A stretch of 64,000 nt of DNA from the NCBI GenBank assembly GCA_964541075.1, contig CAZIPZ010000001.1:4425-68424 (forward strand), in the 5' to 3' direction. Below the pieces are notes generated by a model. It saw only the letters and a list, made by a program, of their open reading frames with translations, ran no database searches and was not told the DNA's origin. Position numbers and translations under genes: made by a program. Below are positions 1 through 9,017 of the stretch, one piece after another. Source of the stretch: an uncultured Solibacteraceae bacterium (GTDB lineage: Bacteria > Acidobacteriota > Terriglobia > 20CM-2-55-15). Every line of letters begins with the position of its first letter. Position 1 is the stretch's first letter.

Positions 1-959
1 AAAGCCTCATGATCTATACGGGTCGTGATCAGGATGAAGTCGCCGAGGTCGTCAAAAACTTCCAGGCGAAGCATCCTCAATATGAGGGAAAGATCACGAC
101 TGTCATTCTGGGTGCACAAGCAGCGCTGGATCGCCTGCGCGCCGAAAAGCCGAATCCACAGGCAGGTTTTCTCTGGGGGGGCACGCAACAAGGATTGCGG
201 CAAGCCGCGTTAGATGGACTTCTTGCGCCGTCGCAGCCAGTCAACGGACATTTAATCGCTCCTGCCCGGAAGGACCCTCAGGGACACTGGCACGCCGAAA
301 TGCTCCTCCCGGAAGTCATCATCTATAACCATGACACGCTAAAGCCGGAGCAGGCGCCCAAAGATTGGGACGACTTGATCACGCCCGCCTTCAAAGACAA
401 GATTGTGATCCGCGACGTTATGCCTTCAGGAACGATGCGGACGATCTTCAGCGCCATGATTTATCGCCAGTTTGGCGCTACCGGTTCCCCTGAGGCAGGA
501 TACGAATGGTTGAAGAAGCTTGACGCCAACACGGTGACATACAGCGCGGATCCCAACGCGATGTATTTTCAACTGGACCGCGGTGTCGCACCAGTGACGT
601 TGTGGAACTTGCAGGACGCCCTTATCCAACCGCTAAAGAACAAACGGCCATGGACATATGTAATGCCGGCCTCCGGTGCGCCCGTTCTGCTCGATGGCGT
701 CGCCGTCGTGAACAACCCTAAGAGTATGAAAGCGGCTCAGGACTTCCAGAACTTTCTGCTCGAACCGAAGCTTCAGGCGCAGCTTGCCAGAGACTACTAC
801 CAGATTCCAGCCATGGAACTGCCGGATGCGGATAAACCGGAATGGTTGGCCAAGCTGAATCTGAAAGAAATGCAGATCGACTGGAATGTGATGGGACAAA
901 AAGAAAGGGAGTGGATGGATTACTGGTCTCAGAACATCAAGGGCAAATCACATAAGTGA
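1..959 (+). CDS. ABC transporter periplasmic substrate-binding protein (Fe3+/polyamine family 1 SBP), 5'-truncated at window edge
   Basis: ORF 9..959 begins with mature-SBP-like sequence (IYTGRDQDEV) and has no signal peptide, so the true start lies upstream of the window. Family-1 SBP fold, followed by an ATPase and a permease. Confidence 0.7.
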   Translation, partial: SLMIYTGRDQDEVAEVVKNFQAKHPQYEGKITTVILGAQAALDRLRAEKPNPQAGFLWGGTQQGLRQAALDGLLAPSQPVNGHLIAPARKDPQGHWHAEMLLPEVIIYNHDTLKPEQAPKDWDDLITPAFKDKIVIRDVMPSGTMRTIFSAMIYRQFGATGSPEAGYEWLKKLDANTVTYSADPNAMYFQLDRGVAPVTLWNLQDALIQPLKNKRPWTYVMPASGAPVLLDGVAVVNNPKSMKAAQDFQNFLLEPKLQAQLARDYYQIPAMELPDADKPEWLAKLNLKEMQIDWNVMGQKEREWMDYWSQNIKGKSHK

Positions 960-2029
960 TCGCGCTAAGGCTGGAGTCGCTGACCAAAGTGTTCCCGCGC
1001 GCGGGAAAGGTGGTGGATGCCATCGATCTCCGGATTGAAGAAGGCGAGTTTTTCACTCTGTTGGGCCCGTCCGGTTGCGGGAAATCCACCATACTCCGCA
1101 TGATCGCAGGTTTTGAAGAGCCCACCGCCGGTCAAATCTACTTCAATGAACGCAACGTGACCGCCGACCCGCCGAACCGACGAGGGATTGGCTTTGTATT
1201 TCAGAACTACGCTTTGTTTCCTCACCTGTCTGTCGAGAAAAACGTCGCATTTGGCTTAGAAGTTCGAAAGACCTCGTCTGGCGCTGTAAAACAGCAGGTC
1301 GCTGCGGCGCTAGATCAACTGCAGTTGACCGGCCTTGGATCGGAACGCGTCGACCGGTTGTCCGGCGGACAGCAGCAACGCGTGGCGCTTGCCCGCGCTC
1401 TGGTTATCCGTCCTCGACTGTTGCTTCTGGACGAACCGCTGTCCAATCTTGATGCCAAGTTGCGCGAGGAAACCCGAGCCGCTTTACGATCTCTCCACAG
1501 TTCAACAGGTGTGACAACCATCTACGTGACTCACGACCAGACCGAAGCGATGGGCATGAGCGATCGGATCGCGGTGCTGCATCGCGGCAAAATTCAGCAA
1601 CTGGCGACGCCGCGAGAGATCTATGAAGGCCCGGCGACGATATTCGTGGCCGGGTTCATCGGGCGAAACAATGTGCTCCCCGCCGTCGTGCGCAGCGTTT
1701 CCATGGAAGCTGTTGTCGTTCGTTTCTCCGATGGTGTGGAACTTCAGACCAAACGGGGACGAAGTGCACCCGGTTTGCAGTTAAGTCCTGGAGTGAGGGT
1801 CGGTGTTTGCATCCGAGCGGAATCGCTCCGACTCGTTGATGAACGAGGGGTGTTTCAGGGAGCACTTCAAGACATCGAGTATGCCGGCGCTGTCTGCGCC
1901 TGCATTGTTGAAACAGAATTAGGGCGCCTACGCGCTGAATTTCCAAGTTCGGTTGGACGTCTGACGAAAGGGTCGGCGGTTCGCTTGGACGTGGACGTAG
2001 CGGCTGTGCATCTGCTGGAGGCTGAATGA
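956..2029 (+). CDS. ABC transporter ATP-binding protein (PotA/FbpC/MalK-like)
   Basis: Walker A GPSGCGKST, signature LSGGQQQRVALARAL and Walker B LLLDEP. GTG start overlaps the SBP stop. C-terminal TOBE-like regulatory domain. Confidence 0.9.
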   Translation: MIALRLESLTKVFPRAGKVVDAIDLRIEEGEFFTLLGPSGCGKSTILRMIAGFEEPTAGQIYFNERNVTADPPNRRGIGFVFQNYALFPHLSVEKNVAFGLEVRKTSSGAVKQQVAAALDQLQLTGLGSERVDRLSGGQQQRVALARALVIRPRLLLLDEPLSNLDAKLREETRAALRSLHSSTGVTTIYVTHDQTEAMGMSDRIAVLHRGKIQQLATPREIYEGPATIFVAGFIGRNNVLPAVVRSVSMEAVVVRFSDGVELQTKRGRSAPGLQLSPGVRVGVCIRAESLRLVDERGVFQGALQDIEYAGAVCACIVETELGRLRAEFPSSVGRLTKGSAVRLDVDVAAVHLLEAE

Positions 2030-3756
2030 GCGCGGCATCATTGCACCGAATCGGCGCCGGATCACCGCAGCGCTTTCGGAAATCGCTCGTTTCCGCCGCT
2101 TTGCTCGCGCTTCTGGCCGCCGTCTTGTGGGGTTACATCGTCAATCCGATGGTCCAAACTTTCGACAAGAGCGCTCGCGACTCGGACGGCGCATTGACGA
2201 CGTCACATTACGAACGATTCTTCGACTTCAAACGAGGGGGGCAGGACGAGGCCATTATCGGCAGCATTCAGATCTCTCTGCTGAGCGTGCTTTTCGCAGG
2301 CCTTATCGGCGTTGGATTGGCCGTTTTGTTGGGCCGTTGGGAGTTTCCATTTCGGAGCTTGTTTCAGGTAGTTGTGATGGCCCCGATTGCGCTTCCGCCG
2401 GTGATCGGCGTGGCTGCCTTCGACCGACTCTTTGGTTTTGGAGGAACATTTCCGGATTTGCTCGCGGGTTTGCTCAACTCCAATCCCAACAATTTTGCTT
2501 TGAGGGGAATGCCGGGCGTGCTGGTTGTGCATGCGATGACGATGTATCCGCTCTTCTATCTAACGGTATCCGCGGCGTTAGCGCAAACGGACGATTCCCT
2601 CGAGGAGGCAGCGTACAGCCTGGGAGCGTCGAGGTTTGATGCCTGGCGCAGGGTTCTGTTGCCGATGTTGACGCCGGCAATCGTCGCCGGCAGCCTGTTG
2701 ACGTTCATGTCGTCAATGGCGTCGTACACTGCTCCGACCGTCTTTACCTACGACAATGTAATGACGCGGCAAATCTTTATTCTGAAAGACTATGATCAGC
2801 CCCTGGCAGCAGTCGTCGCTGTTGTTCTGACAATCAGTTCGATGGCCTTCCTCGTCGCGATGCGCATATATGAACAGCGCACGATCTTTCGAACTCAATC
2901 AAAAGGAGGAGGCCGAAAAAGGCATAAACTGACCAATCCCACTGCGAAGACGATTCTATTGATTGTCGCTTCAATTTCGAGCGCCTTTGTCATCTTGCCA
3001 ATCGCCATGATTTTCCTTTTGGCATTCTCCGTGGATCGAAGCTGGAGAACGGGGCCGTGGCCGTCGCAGTACACGCTGCAGAACTTTGCCGATCTCTTTT
3101 CGAAACCGGGAGCGTTGACTCCGATTCGAAACAGTCTCGAAATGAGTGCGATCGCAGTGACCGGTGTGATTGTGCTCGGCGTCGCAACAGCGTACGTCCT
3201 CGCCAAGATGCAATTTCACGGAAGGGCCGTGCTGGACATCGTGATGATGCTGCCATGGGCTTTGCCTGGAACGGTGGTGGCGCTCAACCTGATTACGTCG
3301 TTTTCGACGCCTTCGATTTTTAGTTTCGGAAATGTGCTGATCGGCACATTTTGGATCTTTCCTCTGGCGTATTTTGTTCGCTTCTCGCCTTTGGTGTTTC
3401 GTTCCACATCAGCCTCATTGGCCCAACTGGATCCCGCGGTGGAGGAAGCCGCGCGGAGTCTAGGTGCGTCGTGGTGGTGCGCCTTCCGGCGTGTTGTTCT
3501 GCCATTATTGTCTCGCGGCATTGCCGCCGGGGCTGTGCTCGCATTTGTGGACGGCATCGGAGAGTTTGTAGCAAGCACCATGCTGGTGGCCAATGAGCAG
3601 TTCCGGCCGTTATCTGTAGCAATCCACCAGGAATACTTCCGGGATCATTGGGGTACGGCCGCTGCGTGGGGAGTCGTTCAAGTCTTGCTGGTGGTGATCC
3701 TTTTGATTGTTGCCAAACGGCTCGAGAAACGTACACCCTGGCTGAACATTTCCTAG
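2026..3756 (+). CDS. ABC transporter permease with duplicated transmembrane domain (FbpB/ThiP-like)
   Basis: 576 aa with two tandem permease domains. Each carries the EAA-like loop (EEAAYSLGASRFDAWRRV and EEAARSLGASWWCAFRRV). Start/stop overlaps the ATPase gene. Confidence 0.85.
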   Translation: MSAASLHRIGAGSPQRFRKSLVSAALLALLAAVLWGYIVNPMVQTFDKSARDSDGALTTSHYERFFDFKRGGQDEAIIGSIQISLLSVLFAGLIGVGLAVLLGRWEFPFRSLFQVVVMAPIALPPVIGVAAFDRLFGFGGTFPDLLAGLLNSNPNNFALRGMPGVLVVHAMTMYPLFYLTVSAALAQTDDSLEEAAYSLGASRFDAWRRVLLPMLTPAIVAGSLLTFMSSMASYTAPTVFTYDNVMTRQIFILKDYDQPLAAVVAVVLTISSMAFLVAMRIYEQRTIFRTQSKGGGRKRHKLTNPTAKTILLIVASISSAFVILPIAMIFLLAFSVDRSWRTGPWPSQYTLQNFADLFSKPGALTPIRNSLEMSAIAVTGVIVLGVATAYVLAKMQFHGRAVLDIVMMLPWALPGTVVALNLITSFSTPSIFSFGNVLIGTFWIFPLAYFVRFSPLVFRSTSASLAQLDPAVEEAARSLGASWWCAFRRVVLPLLSRGIAAGAVLAFVDGIGEFVASTMLVANEQFRPLSVAIHQEYFRDHWGTAAAWGVVQVLLVVILLIVAKRLEKRTPWLNIS

Positions 3757-4045
3757 GACGTTGTTGGGATCATCAAATCCTGCCGGTCCGCTTCAAAAAA
3801 GCTGACAGTTTCTGGTTTTCGATACAAATTCTTCCATTTTATGTATTTGAAATTGGACGAAGCCTTACAAGTTGTTGATTCAATGCGGTGACATAATGGC
3901 CCCAAGGTTGCTTTATGAACAGTCACCAAGACTTTAAGTTTTGGTGGGGGAAATCCTACAAACCGACCGCAAGAAGAATAACAGCAGGTGGGGAAGGTGG
4001 GATGGTGGAGGCGTAATCGTAAATAAGCGTTTATAGCCTTTTGAC

Positions 4046-4108
4046 GTCGGCAGGTCAGTCGTTTTGGGGAAAAACGGCTTGGTTCTGCCGACGTTTTGCT
4101 TTTTGTGG
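4046..4108 (+). terminator. Structured element: 8-bp stem (GTCGGCAG/CTGCCGAC) enclosing an inner CGTTTT-GGGG-AAAACG hairpin, followed by GTTTTGCTTTTTG
   Basis: Read directly from the sequence. Plus-strand orientation gives a U-rich tail. It lies about 290 bp downstream of the permease stop, so it could terminate an unannotated small transcript. Confidence 0.3.
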
Positions 4109-4135
4109 CAAAAACGCCTGCGGTCTTCCGCAGCC
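4100..4135 (-). terminator. Rho-independent terminator candidate for the 153-aa gene
   Basis: On the minus strand, immediately after the TAG stop: GCTGCGG-AAGA-CCGCAGGC hairpin, then GTTTTTGCCACAAAAA. Confidence 0.45.
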
Positions 4136-4596
4136 TATTTTACGGTGACCACTTCCAGAAGAAGATTGACAAAGAGCGCGATATCAAAAGCAATCAGAAA
4201 CAACGTCGCGATTCCAAATTCGTTTCCGCTGCGCGAGAAGATATTCGCAGTCTTCCAGTAAACCTCTTCAGCATTTCTGATCAGTAAATACTCCGCAACC
4301 ATGCGGTCGTAAGTCGGAGCCGGTATTGAGAGTTGCAGGCAGGCATAGGCGACGCATCTACCGGAGATGGAATCCCGAATCTCCGTCTGTGAATACGGCG
4401 AGATCACATACGTTCCTCGCTTTCCAACGAAGTGAATGACGCCTTTCTCTTCGAGCTCCAGCCACGTTTTTTCCGGCAACACGGACTTCAGCAAGTGTCG
4501 CGCTTTGTCCTTGGCGCGCTCATAGTCGTCCTGTGTTGCATGGGAGAACACGTCCACCCTGTTGAACGGAAGAGCTTCTTGCGCGCGCGCGGTCAT
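4135..4596 (-). CDS. Hypothetical protein (153 aa) with hydrophobic C-terminal tail
   Basis: ATG start with AGGAAC 9 nt upstream. No recognisable motif. Last ~30 aa are hydrophobic, so possibly tail-anchored. Followed by a terminator hairpin. Confidence 0.5.
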   Translation of the reverse strand: MTARAQEALPFNRVDVFSHATQDDYERAKDKARHLLKSVLPEKTWLELEEKGVIHFVGKRGTYVISPYSQTEIRDSISGRCVAYACLQLSIPAPTYDRMVAEYLLIRNAEEVYWKTANIFSRSGNEFGIATLFLIAFDIALFVNLLLEVVTVK

Positions 4597-4641
4597 AAGA
4601 AATTGTTCCTAGATGAATTCTAATTGATGATCTGGCGGTGA

Positions 4642-4878
4642 CTAACGGCGCCCGCCCTGGACTCTCGGAATAAGGAGGATTTCAGCATTCGGGTCGAATT
4701 CCCGTATCAACACGTCGCGTTTCTCGGAAATGTCGGCCGCAAACCATCCTTGCGCCATCTTTTCGTTGAATTCAGTTTCGATTTCGGAGAGGCGCTGGGC
4801 GCTTACGGTTTCGGTATCCCACTCGGCAAGCGTCTTGTCTCCACCGGCGCAAATCATTCGGAGTTTTTTTAGTGCCAT
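4642..4878 (-). CDS. Hypothetical small protein (78 aa)
   Basis: Internal ATG (MALKKL...) preceded by AAGGGA 8 nt upstream. Lies 46 bp upstream of the 153-aa gene, so likely co-transcribed. No recognisable domain. Confidence 0.45.
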   Translation of the reverse strand: MALKKLRMICAGGDKTLAEWDTETVSAQRLSEIETEFNEKMAQGWFAADISEKRDVLIREFDPNAEILLIPRVQGGRR

Positions 4879-5028
4879 GGTTTGTCCCTTCATTCAGCCA
4901 ATTGGATCGATCAGTTGCTTCTGCCTATGGATTTGCAATTACATTGCCGATCGAAATTCGCAAGAGCGACCGTAAATCCAATGATTTGGAAGATGTTCCG
5001 CGGTGGTGGGCCAAGGAGACCCGGTCGA

Positions 5029-5433
5029 TTAGCCCCGCACGGGCTCTTTGAGTCTGTCGGAAAGGAAGCGGGATACCACGCGCCCTGATCGGGATCTACG
5101 CCTGTGATAAGGGGGCCGTGGAAAACGGGGACAGCGTTCTAACGCCTTGTGATAGCAATCCTCCTCAGCTTCCTGAATCGTCTTGCCCTGCGCGCGGACG
5201 ACAATAACGGCCTTGGAAGGATTTCCTTCACGGGTCATCTTCAGGATGCAATGATATCGATTGTACTTACGCGAAAGCTCAATGTAGAAGAAGTCACCAT
5301 TAGGAAAGGTGCGAACGGGCTCCGAAATAACAATCACATCTTTAGCTAGGCGAGCCACCAAACCTCCAAGGAAGGTGGCATTGGACCATAGTGCTGAATG
5401 TTTGTAAATAGAGCCACAACGCTTGTCAGACAA
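5029..5433 (-). CDS. Hypothetical protein (134 aa)
   Basis: Divergent from nadE. The central segment ...GNPSKAVIVVRAQGKTIQEAEEDCYHKALE weakly recalls the C-terminal helix of dsRBD-type folds. C-terminal third is Arg/Pro-rich low complexity. Confidence 0.4.
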   Translation of the reverse strand: MSDKRCGSIYKHSALWSNATFLGGLVARLAKDVIVISEPVRTFPNGDFFYIELSRKYNRYHCILKMTREGNPSKAVIVVRAQGKTIQEAEEDCYHKALERCPRFPRPPYHRRRSRSGRVVSRFLSDRLKEPVRG

Positions 5434-5513
5434 GGGTTTCAGCCAAACATGCTACTTAAACCTGCGCCACTCATAGCTACAAATTTTTGTGTTCTGTTAC
5501 GATAAGTCTGGCT

Positions 5514-7241
5514 ATGAAAAATTCCGCCCACCTGCGTCTCGCGATGGCTCAAATCAATGCTTTCGTGGGTGACGTTGAAGGAAACGCCTACAAAATCGCG
5601 TGCTGGATCGACAAAGCTCGTCAGGCAGGCGCCGATCTGGTCACATTTCCGGAGCTTGCGCTTACCGGTTACCCGCCCGAAGACCTGCTGCTGAAGCCGC
5701 AATTCATCGATGCGAACCTGTCGGCCCTTGACAAAGTTGTCGCTCAAACTCAAGGAATTACAGCAATCATTGGTTTCGTGGATCGCCAGGATGACATCTT
5801 CAATGCTGCCGCGATCGCTCAGAACGGCAAGCTGGTAACGACATACCACAAGATCTATCTGCCGAATTACGGCGTTTTCGACGAGTTGCGCTACTTTCAA
5901 CCGGGTTCTGGATGTCCGGTGCTGCAGATGGGTGATGCAACTATCGGTATCAGCATTTGCGAGGACATCTGGTATCCCGATGGACCCGTCTTTCAACAGG
6001 TGGTGTCGGGAGGTGCGGAACTCATCATCAATATTTCCTCCTCTCCTTATGACTCCGGCAAACGTCGCTGGAGGGAACGGATGCTTGCAACGCGCGCCTC
6101 GGACAACATCGTTCTAGTCGCATATAACAATCTGGTTGGCGGGCAGGATGAACTCGTCTTCGACGGCGATAGTCTTGTCTTCGATGAAAATGGAAAGTTG
6201 ATCGGACGTGGAAAGCAATTCGAAGAGGATCTGGTCGTAGTCGATCTCGATATCAAATCGGTATTTCGCAAGCGCCTCCACGATACGCGCCGACGGCAGC
6301 AGCGCTCCGTGCCGGCGGTCGCTGAGGTATTTTCGCTGCAACCGCTCGAGTTGGATCGCCTGCCGCTGCCAAGCATCTCAATGAGCGACCCACTTGACCC
6401 GGACGCGGAGATCTATCGTGCGTTAGTCATCGGTACTCGAGACTACGTACTCAAGAACGGTTTCAAGAAAGTTGTTCTGGGTTTGAGCGGGGGCGTGGAC
6501 TCCGCACTGACGGCGTGCATCGCCGTTGACGCGTTGGGGAAAGAGAATGTCGTTGGTGTTCTTATGCCATCGGAGTTTTCTTCGCGAGGCAGCGTCGACG
6601 ACTCAAAGCAGTTGGGCGAAAACCTTGGAATCGAATTGATTTCCGTTCCGATTCAGGACGTGTTCGAGTCGTACACGAAATCCTTGAAGGCTGGTTTCAA
6701 GGATGCCCCGCCTGATGTGACCGAAGAGAACCTCCAGGCCCGAATCCGTGGAAATTTTCTGATGTCGTTCTCGAACAAGTTCGGATGGCTTGTGTTGAGC
6801 ACAGGCAACAAAAGCGAAATCAGCACCGGATATTGCACCCTTTATGGGGACATGGCGGGCGGTTTCGCGGTGCTGAAAGACGTCATGAAGACGACCGTTT
6901 ACCGTCTTTCCGAGCATTGCAATCGCGCTGCAGGCTGGGATCGCATGCCGCGTGCGATTATTGAAAAGCCGCCTTCGGCAGAATTGCGTCCAAATCAATT
7001 GGACACGGATTGTCTACCTCCTTATGAGGTGCTCGATCCCATATTGAAGGCATATGTTGAAGAGGATCGCAGCCTTCCCGAGATGGTCGACATGGGCTTC
7101 GATCCGCAGCTTGTCCAAAGGGTTGTTAGAATGGTGGACGCAAACGAATACAAGCGGCGGCAAGCCGCGCCGGGTGTGAAAATCACGCCGCGCGCATTCG
7201 GTCGAGACCGGCGTATGCCGATTACGAACAGATTTCGATAA
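5514..7241 (+). CDS. nadE: Glutamine-dependent NAD+ synthetase (N-terminal nitrilase/CN-hydrolase domain plus C-terminal NAD synthetase domain)
   Basis: CN-hydrolase catalytic region ([15 protein letters not shown] ... [10 protein letters not shown]). PP-loop [10 protein letters not shown] of the NAD synthetase domain. ATG 5514 preferred over the track's 5487. Confidence 0.9.
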   Translation: MKNSAHLRLAMAQINAFVGDVEGNAYKIACWIDKARQAGADLVTFPELALTGYPPEDLLLKPQFIDANLSALDKVVAQTQGITAIIGFVDRQDDIFNAAAIAQNGKLVTTYHKIYLPNYGVFDELRYFQPGSGCPVLQMGDATIGISICEDIWYPDGPVFQQVVSGGAELIINISSSPYDSGKRRWRERMLATRASDNIVLVAYNNLVGGQDELVFDGDSLVFDENGKLIGRGKQFEEDLVVVDLDIKSVFRKRLHDTRRRQQRSVPAVAEVFSLQPLELDRLPLPSISMSDPLDPDAEIYRALVIGTRDYVLKNGFKKVVLGLSGGVDSALTACIAVDALGKENVVGVLMPSEFSSRGSVDDSKQLGENLGIELISVPIQDVFESYTKSLKAGFKDAPPDVTEENLQARIRGNFLMSFSNKFGWLVLSTGNKSEISTGYCTLYGDMAGGFAVLKDVMKTTVYRLSEHCNRAAGWDRMPRAIIEKPPSAELRPNQLDTDCLPPYEVLDPILKAYVEEDRSLPEMVDMGFDPQLVQRVVRMVDANEYKRRQAAPGVKITPRAFGRDRRMPITNRFR

Positions 7242-7305
7242 GCAGGCGCAGCGAACCCAAAGAGCGTAGATGTCAAAAGAAGTTTCAATTCGGACAGGCG
7301 GTTTT

Positions 7306-7872
7306 ATGAAGCAGGAATTTCCGTTTGAACCCCTTCCGGGGCATCTCTCTGACGAAGAGTTGTTCAAGTTTGCGATGAAGGACGTGAAATCCCTTGGATG
7401 GAGCGCGGCGGCGCCTCTCGTCATTCGCCCGCCAATAGAGGTTCAGGCGCAGGACAATGAACAGAAGGCTTTGCACGCCCTCGAGGAATTCGTTCGAAAA
7501 GGCAACGTTGAGGTTGAGCAAACCGCCGAATACATTGAGGGCACGGTGCATCCTCAGGGCCGCTTGTATCTTGATGACCTTCGTTCAGGGCGCTTTTCAG
7601 TTCAGGCGCACCTGGACTTGCACGGCCTCAACATTCAGCAGGCGCGGTTCGATTTGGAAGAATTTCTCTATTCGGCCGTGCGCGCTGGCTTTTCATGCGT
7701 GCGAGTGATTCATGGTCGGGGCCGGCATTCCCATAAACATCATCCGGTGTTGAAGGAAAACGTTCAACGGTGGCTCTGCACTCGTCGGATGAGCCGGCTC
7801 GTGATTGCCTACACTTCAGCTCGTCGATGCGACGGAGGAGGCGGGGCAGTTTATGTTCTGCTGCGAAAGTAG
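7306..7872 (+). CDS. Smr (small MutS-related) domain protein
   Basis: C-terminal Smr signature LDLHGLNIQQARFDLEEFL...VRVIHGRGRHS. The alternative upstream start at 7270 is in the same frame. Confidence 0.75.
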   Translation: MKQEFPFEPLPGHLSDEELFKFAMKDVKSLGWSAAAPLVIRPPIEVQAQDNEQKALHALEEFVRKGNVEVEQTAEYIEGTVHPQGRLYLDDLRSGRFSVQAHLDLHGLNIQQARFDLEEFLYSAVRAGFSCVRVIHGRGRHSHKHHPVLKENVQRWLCTRRMSRLVIAYTSARRCDGGGGAVYVLLRK

Positions 7873-8258
7873 ACCCGGTCTGCCGCGGCGCACAACGAGG
7901 CCATGAAGTGGAGCCTGGTCCCCAGGTCGTCCGAACGACGTGCGCACAGAACAATGAGGCTCGCGCCGCTCTCCACCAGCGACTCCAGGCGAGACTTTAC
8001 TTTCCCGAGGAGTCTGGCGGATTCTCGCGTCGAGATCGACAGATCATAGAACGGATCGAGAAGGTTGCATATCACTGCGTTGCCACTGGCTCTGTTGATG
8101 ATCCTTTCGACGTCAGCGGCACGCATGCCGGCCAGGTCGATCACTGCTGGAGCTTCCTGGGATTCGAAAGCCTGGCTCACGGAGGCAACCCAACTTTCGT
8201 CGATTCTTTCGTCAGTCACATACACGATCAGTTGTCCTGTATCAGCAATTGTTGTCAT
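7851..8258 (-). CDS. SOS-operon small protein, RecA-fold SulA/ImuA-like (putative cell-division inhibitor), 135 aa
   Basis: Start ATG overlaps the lexA stop (ATGA), so it is translationally coupled to lexA. Sequence is compatible with the P-loop-less RecA-like fold of SulA/ImuA (VIDLAGMRAADVERI...SLIVLCARRSDD). No imuB/dnaE2 downstream. Confidence 0.4.
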   Translation of the reverse strand: MTTIADTGQLIVYVTDERIDESWVASVSQAFESQEAPAVIDLAGMRAADVERIINRASGNAVICNLLDPFYDLSISTRESARLLGKVKSRLESLVESGASLIVLCARRSDDLGTRLHFMASLCAAADRVYFRSRT

Positions 8259-8872
8259 TTTTTTGCGACGCGAAGCACGCCAATGACGCGACCCACAAGT
8301 TGAACCGTCCCGGCTTCGCTCCTTTCGATTTCAATTGGTTTGAATTTTGGATTCTCTGCGATCAGTTTGATTCCGCGATTCGTTCGCTGAAACCGCTTTA
8401 CGGTCGCTTCGTCGTCGATCAAGGCGACGACGATTTCTCCGTTATTCGCACTTTGTTGCGGGTGAACCATGACGTAGTCGCCATCCAGAATGTGGGCGCC
8501 GATCATGCTGTCCCCCTTCACCTTTAATAAGAACGAGCCTCCAGGCGCCCAATGCTTTGGAAGCTGGATCTCGCCTTCAATGTTTTCATGCGCAAGAAGG
8601 GGAGCGCCTGCAGCGACGTTTCCTACAATCGGAATGGTGGTTCCCTCAGTTCCCGGTTTCGTCCGCGGGCCGCTGGACACCGAAAGCGTTCGCGACTGGA
8701 ATTTCTTTTTTTGAAGCGCGCCTTTTCTCTCAAGCGCGGAAATATGATCCTGAACCGTTGCAGGATAGATTCCGAAATGCCTGCCGATCTCCCGCACCGA
8801 GGGCGGAAAACTGTTATCCGCGATGTACTCATTAATGAAGTCCAAAATATCCTGCTGACGTTCGGTCAACAT
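8255..8872 (-). CDS. lexA: LexA transcriptional repressor (S24 peptidase)
   Basis: N-terminal wHTH (MLTERQQDILDFI...VREIGRHFGI), cleavage-site AAG, catalytic Ser in VKGDSM and Lys in KRF. Start taken at MLTERQQ (8872) rather than the track's 8896. Confidence 0.92.
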   Translation of the reverse strand: MLTERQQDILDFINEYIADNSFPPSVREIGRHFGIYPATVQDHISALERKGALQKKKFQSRTLSVSSGPRTKPGTEGTTIPIVGNVAAGAPLLAHENIEGEIQLPKHWAPGGSFLLKVKGDSMIGAHILDGDYVMVHPQQSANNGEIVVALIDDEATVKRFQRTNRGIKLIAENPKFKPIEIERSEAGTVQLVGRVIGVLRVAKK

Positions 8873-8890
8873 ATGGCCCCAGCTTATACC

Positions 8891-8904
8891 GTACATTTGT
8901 TCGG
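8891..8904 (-). promoter_or_regulatory. Candidate LexA operator (Cheo-box-like CGAAC-AAAT-GTAC-G)
   Basis: Minus-strand reading CGAACAAATGTACG matches CGAACRNRYGTTCG at 13 of 14 positions. It sits 19 nt upstream of the lexA ATG, in the divergent region shared with the PilX-like gene. Confidence 0.45.
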
Positions 8905-9017
8905 TTCGTCAAGGGTGGCGCGTTTGCTTCCGGGGATTACGCCCTTGAACCAAACCGGTTCCGGAGATATCGTTGCCTCAGCTCAAAAGATCCGGCCCAG
9001 ATCTTAGGGGTGCAGGA

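Noticed and set aside
2127-3736. Numerous track ORFs antisense to, or out of frame within, the ABC permease (e.g. 2127..2639 +, 3216..3593 -, 3320..3736 -)
   Set aside because: They lie entirely within a well-supported permease CDS. Their Arg/Pro/Ser-rich composition is typical of wrong-frame translation of high-GC coding DNA. No RBS or motif support.
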